DNA from: an uncultured Odoribacter sp.
GTDB taxonomy: Bacteria; Bacteroidota; Bacteroidia; Bacteroidales; Marinifilaceae
Direction of reading: 5' to 3'
NCBI GenBank assembly: GCA_900541415.1
Contig: UQJP01000023.1
Span: 3,544 to 67,543, forward strand
Length of the DNA stretch: 64,000 nt
Shown here: piece by piece, positions 40,154 through 50,706 of the stretch
Numbering within the stretch: the stretch's first letter is position 1
Layout: every line of letters starts with the position of its first letter
Notes under the pieces: generated by a model
What the model saw: the letters and a program-made list of their open reading frames with translations, nothing else
Told to the model about the DNA's origin: nothing
Database searches by the model: none
Translations under genes and position numbers: made by a program

Positions 40154-41080
40154 TTAATTTCTGCCTGACTTGAACAATATTTCTTTTTCCTCCCGGGTGA
40201 GGCTTTCATAGCCGGAACGCGATATTTTGTCTAATATCTGGTTAATCCGGTCGTCGTATTGCTTTTTATACTCGTTATACTCCCGGTCGTTCATTTCCGA
40301 TACGTTCTTCCTGTATTTCACTTTCATTTTCTTGCGTTTGGAAAACAGCTTTCCGATTGCCAGCCCCAAAGAGGTGAAACCGTGGGTGAGGTCTTTGTTT
40401 TTCCTAACGCCGAGAATGAACAGGTAGCCGAACAGAGCCCCGCCCAGGTGGGCGATATGTCCCCCTGCATTTCCGGAAGGGATGCTGATTACATCGATGA
40501 ATGCAGTAAAAATAGCCAAATAAATCAATTTTACAGGGCCGATCAGGAAAATATATACTTTATGTTGAGGAAGGTAGGTACAAACTGCAAATACGATGGC
40601 CATAACCGATGCCGATGCCCCGATTGCCCAGGAGGACAGGCGGGTGAGCGCGAATACCGGAAAAATGTTGTAAGCCAGCACATACAAGGCTGCTCCTGCC
40701 AGTCCGCCTAACAGGTAAACTCCGGTTAATTTCCGTTCGGAAAAATAGTTCAGGAAAAAACTGCCGAACCAGTATAGCCATAACATATTGAACAGCAGAT
40801 GAAGAAATTCGAACTGTGTGAACATGTAGGTAACCAGTGTCCACGGGCGGTAGAGCAAGTATTCGGGGTCGGCCGGAACACCCACCCATTCCAGCAATAT
40901 CGGGTAGAAATGTTCTCCCTGTCCTGCCAGGGCCATAACGACATACGCTATTTTCAGCAGGAGGAATACTCCGATATTTATATAGATCAGACGGGTTAAA
41001 GCCGAACCTTTCAGGAACGAGTTTTTAAAACCTTTCCGAATGTTCTCCGAATAGTTTCCCTGATATTCTCCGTAATACAT
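40154..41080 (-). CDS. Rhomboid intramembrane serine protease with C-terminal extension
   Basis: HLLFNM, GASA, HIAHLGG motifs; C-terminal ILDKISRSGYESLT. Confidence 0.9.
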   Translation of the reverse strand: MYYGEYQGNYSENIRKGFKNSFLKGSALTRLIYINIGVFLLLKIAYVVMALAGQGEHFYPILLEWVGVPADPEYLLYRPWTLVTYMFTQFEFLHLLFNMLWLYWFGSFFLNYFSERKLTGVYLLGGLAGAALYVLAYNIFPVFALTRLSSWAIGASASVMAIVFAVCTYLPQHKVYIFLIGPVKLIYLAIFTAFIDVISIPSGNAGGHIAHLGGALFGYLFILGVRKNKDLTHGFTSLGLAIGKLFSKRKKMKVKYRKNVSEMNDREYNEYKKQYDDRINQILDKISRSGYESLTREEKEILFKSGRN

Positions 41081-41105
41081 TATGGATTTCTGCTATTTTC
41101 CGAAA

Positions 41106-41927
41106 TTAATAAAAGTTCTTCTTTTTCCGATTCCAGTATTTTATGAGAATGAAACCGAACAACATACCTCCCAAATGGGCAAAATGTGCCACGTTATCGC
41201 CTACGCTGTTCTGAATGCCCAGGAAGAATTCCAAAAGACCGTAACCAATGACAAAATATTTTGCTTTGATCGGTACAGGAATGAACATGAGGTATAATTC
41301 CGTATTGGGGAACAACATTCCGAAGGCCAGCAAGATTCCGAATACAGCCCCTGAGGCCCCGATGGTGGGGATATTGGTTTTGAGCTCGATGATCTGCCGG
41401 AATATTTTTTCTCCTTCCTGAATGTATTGGGTAGAATCCGGATTATTTGTCCAGGCATCCACCACTTCCCACACCCAGCCTGCGGTTTGCTGCCCTAACT
41501 GGCTTCTTATGAAATCGGCCAATAAACCGGGTTCCGGTGTGTTTTGGAAAGCTTCTAACTGGTTATGCAGGTTGTTGATGTCAAACCACCCCACAGCGCT
41601 GTTGAGGGCTGCCGCTCCCAATCCGCAGACGAAATAATAGACCAGAAAACGATTCGACCCCCATACCGATTCCAGAATACGCCCGAACATGAAAAGGGCG
41701 AACATATTGAAGAACAAATGGCTGATGCTGCCGTGCATGAACATGTGCGTCACATATTGCCACGGTTTCCAATAGGTGGATTGCGGTAAATGGAGTCCTA
41801 AAATATTCGCTGTGTCGAATCCCCAGCGTTTATCGATAAACATGGTCAGGAAATACATAACCACGTTTATAATAATTAGCATTTTAACGGCAGGCGTTAT
41901 GCCGGAAAAAGGTCGGTAATTCTGCAT
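41106..41927 (-). CDS. Rhomboid intramembrane serine protease
   Basis: HMFMHG, HLFFNM, GASG, AHFAHLGG motifs. Confidence 0.92.
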   Translation of the reverse strand: MQNYRPFSGITPAVKMLIIINVVMYFLTMFIDKRWGFDTANILGLHLPQSTYWKPWQYVTHMFMHGSISHLFFNMFALFMFGRILESVWGSNRFLVYYFVCGLGAAALNSAVGWFDINNLHNQLEAFQNTPEPGLLADFIRSQLGQQTAGWVWEVVDAWTNNPDSTQYIQEGEKIFRQIIELKTNIPTIGASGAVFGILLAFGMLFPNTELYLMFIPVPIKAKYFVIGYGLLEFFLGIQNSVGDNVAHFAHLGGMLFGFILIKYWNRKKKNFY

Positions 41928-41929
41928 CT

Positions 41930-43633
41930 TTATTCACTTTTAGGTTCTGAACGCTGATCGTTTTTCGGTTGTTCTTTGCGGTCAGGACGCGGATTGTTTC
42001 GGCGGTTATTATTATACCGTTGGTTTTTGGGACGATTGTTGTTCCGGTTGTTAGAACGTTCGCCGTTACCGTTGTTCTCGTTTTTCTCTTCTTTCCCTTC
42101 CCTTTCGTTTTTTTCGTTCCGGGGGGCATTATTGTTACCGTTTTCCCGATTATTATTTTCCCGGTTGCTGTTTTCCCGGTTGTTCCCCCTGTCCCGGTTG
42201 TTCCGGTTTTTGGAATGGTGGCGTTTTTGTTTTTTCTCGTCGAAACGGTTCAGGCTTTCTTCACCCACTCCGTCGGTGTATTTAATATCTACCGGGGCAT
42301 CGGCTTGCTCTTCCACAGCTTTTGGCGGAATAATCCCTTTCCGGTTCATCGCGATGATCTCTTTGATCCGTTTCACCGGGATTTGTATAAAGGCGCCTTT
42401 CCCTTCTTTATCCGAAGTGTAAGACATCATACGCCCGAAAATATCGGTTTTCTGGTGGTAAAGCATACCTTCTCCGGTGTTCAACGGAATGTTGGCCGAA
42501 GGGAAATCTTTCTGTGCATCAATGTAAGCGTCTACTTCGTAGTTCAGGCAGCACTTCAGTTTTCCGCATTGTCCCGCCAGTTTCTGCGGATTCAGGGATA
42601 TATCCTGATAGCGGGCTGCCGAGGTGGACACCGAGATGAAGTTGGTGATAAAGGTGGAACAGCACAATTTTAAGCCGCAGGGACCGATTCCTCCGATTCT
42701 TCCCGCTTCCTGCCGTGCTCCGATTTGTTTCATTTCAATACGGATGCGGAAGGTTTCCGCCAGCACTTTAATTAAAGTCCGGAAATCCACCCGGTCGTCT
42801 GCGATATAGTAGAATATGGCTTTGGTCTTGTCGCCCTGGTATTCCACATCCCCGATTTTCATATTCAGTTTCAGGTCTGCTGCGATTTTCCGTGATTTAA
42901 TCATGGTTTCGTGTTCCAGAGCAATTGCCTGTTGCCATTTTTCAATGTCGTGCGGTTTCGCTTTTCGGTATACTTTTTTTAACGGATTGCGTTCCAGATC
43001 GATCCGTTTTACCCGGATTTGTTCTTTCACCAGCTCGCCCGACAGGGAAATAACCCCGATGTCGTGGCCGAGGGCCGCCTCAACGGCAACAATGTCGCCT
43101 GCCTGGAGGTTTAGTTGGGAAGGATTGCTGAAAAAGGCTTTCCGGGTGTTTTTAAACCGTACCTCTACCACTTCCGGCGCACATTCTGTCTGGGGAAGAT
43201 CGCTCAACCAATCGTACACGGCCAGCTTTCCGGCCAACAGGCGATGGTCGATCACAGGCACAGGGCGCTGGTATTTGGTATGCAATTGCTGTATTTCCTC
43301 TTTTTCTTCTTCTTTGCTGCCGGAAAATTCACCTGCTTTCAGGGTCGGGGTGTTTTCTTCGGAATCCTCCGCATCGGCTTCGAACACCTCTTCCGTGACC
43401 AGCGTTTCGGAGATTTCCTCCTCGACCACGATCACTTGTCCTTCTTCCTGTTCCTCTTCTTCTTCCTTCCTCTCTGCTTGTTGCTTCTCCTCCTGCTCTT
43501 CTTCTTCCTGTTCTTTTTCTTCCAGCCAGTCACTTTCTTGCCTGGCTGTTGGTTCGGAAATGGATTCCGGTTGTATCTGCCCGTTTTCTTCCGGGTTTTC
43601 TATATCGTTGATATAATCAGTCGTTTCACTCAT
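41930..43633 (-). CDS. PSP1-domain protein (RicT/YaaT-like) with low-complexity termini
   Basis: RVDFR, QIGARQEA, GPCGLKLCC, LAGQCGKLKCCLNYE motifs; downstream of holB. Confidence 0.88.
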   Translation of the reverse strand: MSETTDYINDIENPEENGQIQPESISEPTARQESDWLEEKEQEEEEQEEKQQAERKEEEEEQEEGQVIVVEEEISETLVTEEVFEADAEDSEENTPTLKAGEFSGSKEEEKEEIQQLHTKYQRPVPVIDHRLLAGKLAVYDWLSDLPQTECAPEVVEVRFKNTRKAFFSNPSQLNLQAGDIVAVEAALGHDIGVISLSGELVKEQIRVKRIDLERNPLKKVYRKAKPHDIEKWQQAIALEHETMIKSRKIAADLKLNMKIGDVEYQGDKTKAIFYYIADDRVDFRTLIKVLAETFRIRIEMKQIGARQEAGRIGGIGPCGLKLCCSTFITNFISVSTSAARYQDISLNPQKLAGQCGKLKCCLNYEVDAYIDAQKDFPSANIPLNTGEGMLYHQKTDIFGRMMSYTSDKEGKGAFIQIPVKRIKEIIAMNRKGIIPPKAVEEQADAPVDIKYTDGVGEESLNRFDEKKQKRHHSKNRNNRDRGNNRENSNRENNNRENGNNNAPRNEKNEREGKEEKNENNGNGERSNNRNNNRPKNQRYNNNRRNNPRPDRKEQPKNDQRSEPKSE

Positions 43634-43716
43634 ATATTTTGAATATTATTGCTTTTATAATGTTTTTCTTCTTGTGCTCCCTCCTTTCAAGTGGGGGGGA
43701 GAATAACCCCTTTCTG

Positions 43717-44838
43717 TTAAGGGCGGATGTTTTGCATCACTTTGATGCACAGGTCTGTAAAAATAATTTTAGCATTTCCGTTCCGGCTGATGTCGCTGTA
43801 TGCCCGCTCGAATTCTTCACCCAAGGGGATGACGTTTCCTTCGTGTACATAAGGCGAGAACCGGACGGAAAATTTTTTTTCGCGTTCGGTCATATAGTTC
43901 AATTGGTCGATGCCGAAATTTTTAACAAAATTTTCCCGGATCATACGAATGGCATGTTGCAGGAAACTTTTTTGCCTTTCGCGCCCCAATCCGGTGATTT
44001 CGCCGACCCATTCGTTCACCGGGAGCATTTTCCTTTCCCAGCACAGGCGCATCAGGCTGGCAAATTTTTCTTGGTTGTACACCTGTTCTTCTGTTTCGTT
44101 CAGTAGGCGGAGGGCTTTGTGCCAACTTCCCGAGGCTACGTGTGCATATTCTTCCGCATGTTCTGGTGTGATGCCGGCTTGTGCCGTCAGGTGATCCCTG
44201 ATCTGCTTTTTTTCAAGCGGCGGTATATTGATGCGCTGTAAGCGCGATTGTATGGTGTTGATGATCTGTTCCGGATGTTCCGACACCATGAGGAATAAGG
44301 TTTTGTCGAAGGGCTCTTCGATGATCTTTAACAGTTTGTTGGAACATTCGGGATTCATCTTTTCCGGCAGCCACATGATCAATATTTTATAATCGGACTC
44401 AAACGATTTGAGGTTGAGTTTCCGTAAAATATTGGCACTTTCTTCGGTGTAGATCGCTGCCTGGGCGTTGTCTTCCACTCCCATTTCGGAATACCATTCC
44501 TCTAATCCGAAATAGGCCGTTTTATGAAGCAATTGCCTCCATTCTCCGATGTATTCGTCACTGACCGGGCTTTTGGCTTTGCGGACTACCGGGAACACAA
44601 AATGTACGTCGGGATGGATGTATTTTTGCATTTTCCGGCAAGAGGGGCATGTTCCGCAGGCGTCGTCGTGTTTGTCGCCGGTGCAGAGTACGTATTGAGC
44701 AAACGCCAGCGCCAACGCCATCGACCCGTAGCCTGTGTCTCCGGCAAATAGCTGGGCATGGCTGATCCGTCCCGTTTTCAGGGAAGCGATCAGTCTTTGC
44801 TTAATATCCTCGTGTCCGATTACATCTTTGAATTGCAT
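43717..44838 (-). CDS. holB: DNA polymerase III delta' subunit
   Basis: ISHAQLF, CGTCPSC zinc site, HPDVHF, NKLLKIIEEP, TIQSR motifs. Confidence 0.9.
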   Translation of the reverse strand: MQFKDVIGHEDIKQRLIASLKTGRISHAQLFAGDTGYGSMALALAFAQYVLCTGDKHDDACGTCPSCRKMQKYIHPDVHFVFPVVRKAKSPVSDEYIGEWRQLLHKTAYFGLEEWYSEMGVEDNAQAAIYTEESANILRKLNLKSFESDYKILIMWLPEKMNPECSNKLLKIIEEPFDKTLFLMVSEHPEQIINTIQSRLQRINIPPLEKKQIRDHLTAQAGITPEHAEEYAHVASGSWHKALRLLNETEEQVYNQEKFASLMRLCWERKMLPVNEWVGEITGLGRERQKSFLQHAIRMIRENFVKNFGIDQLNYMTEREKKFSVRFSPYVHEGNVIPLGEEFERAYSDISRNGNAKIIFTDLCIKVMQNIRP

Positions 44839-44896
44839 GGGCAATTTTAAGTTTTCCCATAGCGACAGGCAAGCCCGTCACTATGGGGTTATAAAC

Positions 44897-46651
44897 TTAT
44901 TTTTCTTTTTCGTTTACTTCGATTCCCAGTTCTTTTAACTGCTCTTCTGCAATTTCCGAAGGTGAATCGATCATCACGTCACGTCCTGCATTGTTTTTCG
45001 GGAAAGCGATGGTGTCGCGGATGCTGTCGAGCTCTGCGAACATCGATACCAAACGGTCGAATCCGAAGGCAATACCGCCGTGAGGAGGTGCGCCATATTT
45101 GAACGCGTTAAGCAGGAATCCGAATTGTGCTTCCGCCTGCTCTTTGGTAAAGCCCAGGCATTTGAACATGCGTGACTGCAATTCGGTGTTGTGGATACGG
45201 ATAGAGCCGCCCCCGACTTCCACTCCGTTGATCACCATGTCGTAAGCATTGGCACGTACCGCTCCCGGATTGCTTTCCATCATATCGATGTCTTCTAAGT
45301 TCGGAGAGGTGAACGGGTGGTGCATAGCGTAGAAGCGTTGGGTTTCTTCGTCCCATTCCAATAGAGGAAAATCAACCACCCAAAGCGGTTTGAATACATC
45401 TTTCGGACGTAAACCCAGGCGGTTTCCCATTTCCAGCCGGAGTTCACACAGTTGGGGTAAAGTTTTGTTTTTCGGCCCCACTAAAATCAGGATCAGGTCG
45501 CCCGGCTGCGCCTTACAGGCTGCTGCCCATGTTTTCAGGTCGGCTTCGGTGTAGAATTTATCGACAGAAGATTTCAGTGTTCCGTCGGCATTATACCTCA
45601 CATATACCAAACCTTTCGCTCCGATTTGCGGGCGTTTTACGAACTCTGTCAGTTCATCCAGCTGTTTGCGGGTGTATTCTGCACATTGGGGAGCACAGAT
45701 CGCCCCGATATATTCAGCCGAATTGAATACGGCGAAATCTTTCCCTTTGGCTATTCCGGTCAGGTCGGTAAATTCCATGCCGAAACGGATGTCCGGTTTG
45801 TCCGAGCCGTAACGTTCCATTGCTTCGGCCCAGGTTATACGTGGGAAATCTGGGACATCGATACCCCGGATTTCTTTGAACAGGTGCTTGGCCAATCCTT
45901 CGAAAATGTGGAGAATGTCTTCGCGTTCCACAAACGACATTTCACAGTCGATCTGGGTAAATTCCGGCTGGCGGTCGGCACGCAGGTCTTCATCGCGGAA
46001 ACATTTCACAATTTGATAGTAACGGTCGAATCCCGCAACCATTAACAGTTGCTTGAAAGTTTGCGGACTTTGCGGAAGGGCATAGAATTGTCCCTGATTC
46101 ATGCGCGACGGCACCACAAAGTCGCGTGCTCCTTCCGGGGTACTTTTAATCAATACCGGGGTTTCTACTTCGGTGAAATTTTGGTCGTCCAGATAATTTC
46201 TCACCAAATGGGCCATTTTATGACGCAATTCCAGGTTTTTTCTCACCGCGTTGCGGCGAAGATCGAGGTAACGATATTTCATTCTGAGCTCGTCGCCGCC
46301 GTCCGTGTTATCCTCGATGGTAAAGGGTGGAATTTCGGAACGGCTAAGGATGCTGATTTCATTTACAATGATCTCAATGTCACCTGTCGGTATTTTATTA
46401 TTTTTGCTGGCACGTTCCACGACTTTCCCTTTAATCTGGATTACGAATTCCCGTCCCAGTTCTGCAATTTTTTGTTTAACAGCTTCGGAAGCCGATTCTT
46501 CGGCTACTAATTGCGTAATTCCGTATCTGTCGCGCAGGTCGATGAAAGTCATGGCACCGAGATTCCTGACTTTTTGTACCCATCCGCTCAGGCAAACGCT
46601 TTCATTTACGTTTTCCAGCCGGAGTTGCCCGCAAGTGTGAGTTCTATACAT
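44897..46651 (-). CDS. aspS: Aspartate--tRNA ligase
   Basis: [44 protein letters not shown] motifs. Confidence 0.97.
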   Translation of the reverse strand: MYRTHTCGQLRLENVNESVCLSGWVQKVRNLGAMTFIDLRDRYGITQLVAEESASEAVKQKIAELGREFVIQIKGKVVERASKNNKIPTGDIEIIVNEISILSRSEIPPFTIEDNTDGGDELRMKYRYLDLRRNAVRKNLELRHKMAHLVRNYLDDQNFTEVETPVLIKSTPEGARDFVVPSRMNQGQFYALPQSPQTFKQLLMVAGFDRYYQIVKCFRDEDLRADRQPEFTQIDCEMSFVEREDILHIFEGLAKHLFKEIRGIDVPDFPRITWAEAMERYGSDKPDIRFGMEFTDLTGIAKGKDFAVFNSAEYIGAICAPQCAEYTRKQLDELTEFVKRPQIGAKGLVYVRYNADGTLKSSVDKFYTEADLKTWAAACKAQPGDLILILVGPKNKTLPQLCELRLEMGNRLGLRPKDVFKPLWVVDFPLLEWDEETQRFYAMHHPFTSPNLEDIDMMESNPGAVRANAYDMVINGVEVGGGSIRIHNTELQSRMFKCLGFTKEQAEAQFGFLLNAFKYGAPPHGGIAFGFDRLVSMFAELDSIRDTIAFPKNNAGRDVMIDSPSEIAEEQLKELGIEVNEKEK

Positions 46652-47038
46652 TATGTTTACTATTAAGTTTTTGAAATCAATCATTTGGTTTTAACCAATT
46701 GGCGAAAATACTAAGAATTTATCAAATAATGGAAAATGAAGAATTGAAAATTATATATAGGCCTGCCGATCGTATAAAAAGAGGATGTCCCGGTAAACGA
46801 AATCCCGGAATAAATGGGCTGTTTTTGTGAAAATGGGGTGTTGTTTTTATGGAAATGGGGATGTTGATCTTTTGTTTGTGCCAAGGCCGAAGCCGCTGTG
46901 AAGCCGGGGGTTTATTGGAGAAAGCCGGGAGTGGCCGACGATGCCGGAATTTATTTGCCGGAAGTAAGCTTAGAAATTCTTTTGAAAGCCTTTTACTTTC
47001 CGTAATTCGATTTATCTTTGAATTTCTATTTGAATGTG

Positions 47039-47518
47039 ATGAATTATATAGATATTATAATCCTTCTTTTCCTGATCTACGGGGCGGTCAGGGGTTTTTT
47101 TAAGGGATTGATCATAGAGGTTTTTACTTTGCTGGGATTGGTGTTGGGGGTATTCCTGGCCATGAGGTATTCGTTTTATGCGGAGAATATCCTGCGTGAT
47201 TTCCTGAATGTGTCGGAACCTTATCTGCGTCCGGTGGGGTTGGGGGTGACTTTTTTGCTGGTGGTGATTGTGACGTATTTACTGGGAAAGATGCTGACCA
47301 AACTGGTGGATGTTATTGCCTTGGGAATGCCGAATAAGTTATTGGGAATGTTATTCGGACTGTTGAAATATTTTGTTTTGATTTGTTTTGTGCTGATGAT
47401 TACCGATTCTTTGAATGAAACTTTTGGATTCCTGAAAGTTGAAACGCAGGAAAATAGTATTTTCTACCGTCCTTTTCTTAACTTTGCAACTTCGATGTAT
47501 AATAAGATCCGATTTTGA
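47039..47518 (+). CDS. cvpA: CvpA family (colicin V production) membrane protein
   Basis: MNYIDIII...RGFFKGLIIE and NKLLGMLFGLLK motifs. Confidence 0.88.
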   Translation: MNYIDIIILLFLIYGAVRGFFKGLIIEVFTLLGLVLGVFLAMRYSFYAENILRDFLNVSEPYLRPVGLGVTFLLVVIVTYLLGKMLTKLVDVIALGMPNKLLGMLFGLLKYFVLICFVLMITDSLNETFGFLKVETQENSIFYRPFLNFATSMYNKIRF

Positions 47519-47656
47519 GATGATACGGAGCAGTATGTTTTATAAAATGGTGGGGACACTGTATTATTGACAAGAGCACCTTTGGGGTGCTTGCGGTGTG
47601 TTTACGGTGATGGGATACCGTTGATTTTATGAATAGATAGAAATAAAAAACAATAT

Positions 47657-48949
47657 ATGATGAATTTTGTTGAAGAATTAAAGTGGCGTGGTATGATACA
47701 TGATATTATGCCAGGTACGGAAGAACAATTAGCAAAAGAACAGACTACTGCTTATGTGGGGATCGATCCCACTGCAGATTCCCTGCACGTAGGGCATTTG
47801 GTTTCGGTCATGATGATGAAGCATTTACAAATGGCAGGTCACAAACCTATTTTTATCATTGGCGGGGCTACCGGAATGATCGGTGACCCAAGCGGTAAGT
47901 CGCAGGAAAGAAATTTGCTCGACGAAGAAACGATCCGCCGGAACATGGAGGGGATTCACTCCCAGCTATCCCGGTTTATCGATTTTAATTCATCGGCTTC
48001 CAACGCTGCGATGATGTTGAATAACTACGACTGGATGAAGCAATTTTCTTTTCTGGATTTTATCCGGGAAATCGGAAAGCATATCACCGTCAATTATATG
48101 ATGTCGAAGGACTCCGTGAAACGGAGGCTGACCGGGGAGTGTTCGGACGGTATGTCGTTTACTGAATTCACCTACCAGCTGGTGCAGGGATATGATTTCC
48201 TTTATTTGCGGAAGAACTATAATTGCCTGCTGCAAATGGGAGGGTCTGACCAGTGGGGAAATATCACGACCGGAGGAGAATTGATCCGCCGCAAAGAGGG
48301 GCTGGAAGCTTTCGGGTTGACCTGGCCGCTGATGACTAAGAGCGACGGTAAGAAGTTCGGTAAAACGGAATCGGGGAATATCTGGCTTGATCCGAAACGG
48401 ACTTCTCCCTATAAATTTTACCAGTTCTGGCTGAATTCCACCGATGAGGATGCGGCACGCTATATTAAGATTTTCACGATTTTGCCTCCGGCAGAAATTG
48501 ATGCTTTGATTGCTGAACATAGCGAAGCCCCGCATTTGCGCAAGTTGCAGAAGACGTTGGCCAAAGAGATTACTTGCCTGATTCACGGTGAGGAAAATTA
48601 TGAGGCGGCTTTGGAAGCTTCACAAATCCTGTTCGGAAATGCCACTTCTGAAACTCTGAAGAAAATCGACGAGGACACATTCCTGTCTGTATTTGAAGGT
48701 GTGCCCCAGTTTGAAATTTCTGCTGCCGATTTGAAAGCCGGAATTATGATGGTGGACTTTTTAGCCGATAAGACGGCGATCATGGCCTCGAAAGGAGAAG
48801 CCCGCCGGGCACTGAAAGGGAACGGGATTAGCATCAATAAGGAGAAAGTGAGCGAAGAAACCGTTGTGAATGAGAGCCATTTGATCGACGGGAAGTATAT
48901 TCTGGCTCAAAGTGGTAAGAAGAATTATTATCTCGTTATCGTGAAGTGA
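47657..48949 (+). CDS. tyrS: Tyrosine--tRNA ligase
   Basis: [27 protein letters not shown] motifs; C-terminal S4 domain. Confidence 0.97.
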   Translation: MMNFVEELKWRGMIHDIMPGTEEQLAKEQTTAYVGIDPTADSLHVGHLVSVMMMKHLQMAGHKPIFIIGGATGMIGDPSGKSQERNLLDEETIRRNMEGIHSQLSRFIDFNSSASNAAMMLNNYDWMKQFSFLDFIREIGKHITVNYMMSKDSVKRRLTGECSDGMSFTEFTYQLVQGYDFLYLRKNYNCLLQMGGSDQWGNITTGGELIRRKEGLEAFGLTWPLMTKSDGKKFGKTESGNIWLDPKRTSPYKFYQFWLNSTDEDAARYIKIFTILPPAEIDALIAEHSEAPHLRKLQKTLAKEITCLIHGEENYEAALEASQILFGNATSETLKKIDEDTFLSVFEGVPQFEISAADLKAGIMMVDFLADKTAIMASKGEARRALKGNGISINKEKVSEETVVNESHLIDGKYILAQSGKKNYYLVIVK

Positions 48950-49021
48950 TTTTGGGAAAGGAAGTTTGTCTGCAACAGGATTCTATGATTGTTTCGTGAC
49001 AGGATTTTCAATCATAAAATG

Positions 49022-49055
49022 AAATAGGGATGCTACTTGTAGCATCCCTATTTTT
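49022..49055. terminator. Bidirectional terminator between tyrS and tonB
   Basis: AAATAGGGATGCTAC-tt-GTAGCATCCCTATTT. Confidence 0.85.
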
Positions 49056-49071
49056 CGATTTATCCGATGAG

Positions 49072-49665
49072 TTATCTCAATTCAAATGCAATGGGCATGT
49101 TATAAGCTACCCGCACAGGTTTCCCTCTTTGTTTCCCCGGAATCCATTTCGGCATGCTTTGAATGACGCGTATCGCTTCCTGGTTTAAAGATTCGTCCAC
49201 TCCGCGGAGGATTTTAATATTGGATATGCTTCCGTCTTTTTCCACAACGAATTGTACGAAAACTTTTCCCTGCACACCCATTTCTGCCGCTACGGACGGA
49301 TAGTTCAGGTTTCTGCCCAGCCATTGTTTCAGGTTGCCGTTGAATTGCGGCATGTCTTCGGCGGGCACAAAAGGAATCACTTCGTCTGTTTCTTCGTCGT
49401 CATAGTCGCCTAAGCTGCCCACGAAAGGCGAAGGAGAGTTGCTCGGAATGTCTTCCGGGTCGGTCAGTTCTACATCGCTTTCTGTAAAAGTATCTTCCAC
49501 CAAATCGATCATGTTGAAGGTCAGCAGTGCTGGAGGCGGAGGGGGTGGCTGAGGAAGGTTTTGGGTGATCGGAACCATGATTTCTTCTTCCGGTTCCCAG
49601 GATACGGTGATAAAATCCGAGGTTTCGGTGTAACCGCTTTTCCATTCGAAAGCCAAAAACACAGT
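49072..49665 (-). pseudogene. tonB: Energy transducer TonB, 5'-truncated by prophage insertion
   Basis: TVFLAFEWKS (end of TM anchor), PPPPP linker, TonB_C (YPSVAAEMGVQGKVFVQFVVEKDG...WIPGKQRG). The N-terminus is missing and replaced by phage-end repeats. Confidence 0.85.
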
Positions 49666-49721
49666 TGCAAAAGTATAATCGCGAAATTCAAATGTACAAC
49701 ACAAGAAATTCAAATGTACAA
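49666..49721 (+). repeat. Prophage terminal repeats (putative transposase-binding sites)
   Basis: GAAATTCAAATGTACAA exact at 49683-49699 and 49705-49721 (22-bp period); degenerate TGCAAAAGTATAA at 49666-49678. Confidence 0.8.
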
Positions 49722-49757
49722 AAATGAATGTTTTTTAATCGACACAATTAGATAGTA

Positions 49758-49792
49758 AAAAGAGCGTTTAATGAAGTTTTAAACGCTCTTTT
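49758..49792. terminator. Terminator of the phage methyltransferase (bidirectional)
   Basis: AAAAGAGCGTTTAA-tgaagtt-TTAAACGCTCTTTT. Confidence 0.8.
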
Positions 49793-49800
49793 AATTCTTA

Positions 49801-50643
49801 TCAACTAACTTGTTTATAAAGCATAATATCTTTATATATAGAACTATAATTCGGTCGATTCTGCGTTTCTTTTCGAATTGCACTATTAAATGGGTTAGAC
49901 AACTTCAGATTGTATTCAAGCCATTGGAAAAGCTCAATTATTGATGACTTTTCGGAGGTAAAATAAATATATGAAACTTCCTTAATAACGTTTAAAACAT
50001 CAAGATAATCGGCAAGTTTCCAGTAATTTTTATACAATCCAGTGATTGTTGAAAGGTATGGAGGATCAACAATGAATACAACATCTTTTCTGTTCTTGAA
50101 CTTTTCAAAAAGTTCTCGATAGTCATATCTTACGATCTCTACTCCTTCTAAATACTCATCGCAATTATAATCTTTTTGTGTTGTAACATTATTATACATT
50201 GTTGATTTTTTTAACGCTTCAAAAGAATTAACGTAGTTGACAGAAAACAACAATGAAGATGATAATGTTATATAATCGACCCAGCCATTCTTTTCTTCTT
50301 GCTCGATACGATGTAAAACAGCTTCCTGAACTTCTTGTGGTAATCTTTTTTCTTTGGGTATGTGGGCGACAATTTCCCGTATATCTGCCAGTAGTCTATT
50401 GGTTTTGTCAATATTGGCAAGGCGGATGTGATAATCATCGTAATCATTGTATATTACTCGAGCATCGGGACGTGCTCTTTTGGTCGTGTGCGATAATAAC
50501 CCTGATCCGCCAAACAAATCAACGAAAACAGTTTTATTTTCAAAAAATTGTAAAGTCTCTTTGAAATCTTTTACAAATCTTCTTTTCTGCCCCATAAATG
50601 GAAGTGGTGCAGAATTGTAGGTTTTTAATGAATCTCCTAACAT
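49801..50643 (-). CDS. DNA adenine methyltransferase (Dam/D12-like), orphan
   Basis: SAPLPFMGQKR, motif I DLFGGSG, motif IV DPPY. Confidence 0.9.
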   Translation of the reverse strand: MLGDSLKTYNSAPLPFMGQKRRFVKDFKETLQFFENKTVFVDLFGGSGLLSHTTKRARPDARVIYNDYDDYHIRLANIDKTNRLLADIREIVAHIPKEKRLPQEVQEAVLHRIEQEEKNGWVDYITLSSSLLFSVNYVNSFEALKKSTMYNNVTTQKDYNCDEYLEGVEIVRYDYRELFEKFKNRKDVVFIVDPPYLSTITGLYKNYWKLADYLDVLNVIKEVSYIYFTSEKSSIIELFQWLEYNLKLSNPFNSAIRKETQNRPNYSSIYKDIMLYKQVS

Positions 50644-50698
50644 TCAGCATAAATTGTTTTTTTAATGGTTAATAAAATGATATTTAAATGTTTATAAT

Positions 50699-50706
50699 TA
50701 TCTTTG
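50699..50706 (+). promoter_or_regulatory. Bacteroidetes -7 promoter element antisense to the phage late operon
   Basis: TATCTTTG immediately 5' of the structured element; no clear -33 TTTG seen. Confidence 0.55.

Noticed and set aside
40211..40220. GCCGGAACGC match to a box of the phage structured RNA inside a rhomboid gene
   Set aside because: A single 10-bp match without the second box; plausible by chance in 64 kb.
41969..43642. Long + strand ORFs (234, 266, 175 aa)
   Set aside because: Antisense shadows of the low-complexity PSP1 gene, with no recognisable motifs.
49072..49713. ORF-track 213-aa ORF as an intact tonB
   Set aside because: Its TTG start and first 16 codons (MNFLCCTFEFRDYTFA) lie inside the phage-end repeats and the TM anchor is incomplete. 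Best read as chance read-through across the junction, although a chimeric product cannot be excluded.
49683..49721. 17-bp direct repeats as a CRISPR array
   Set aside because: Only two exact copies with a 5-nt spacer and no cas genes; fits transposase-binding ends.
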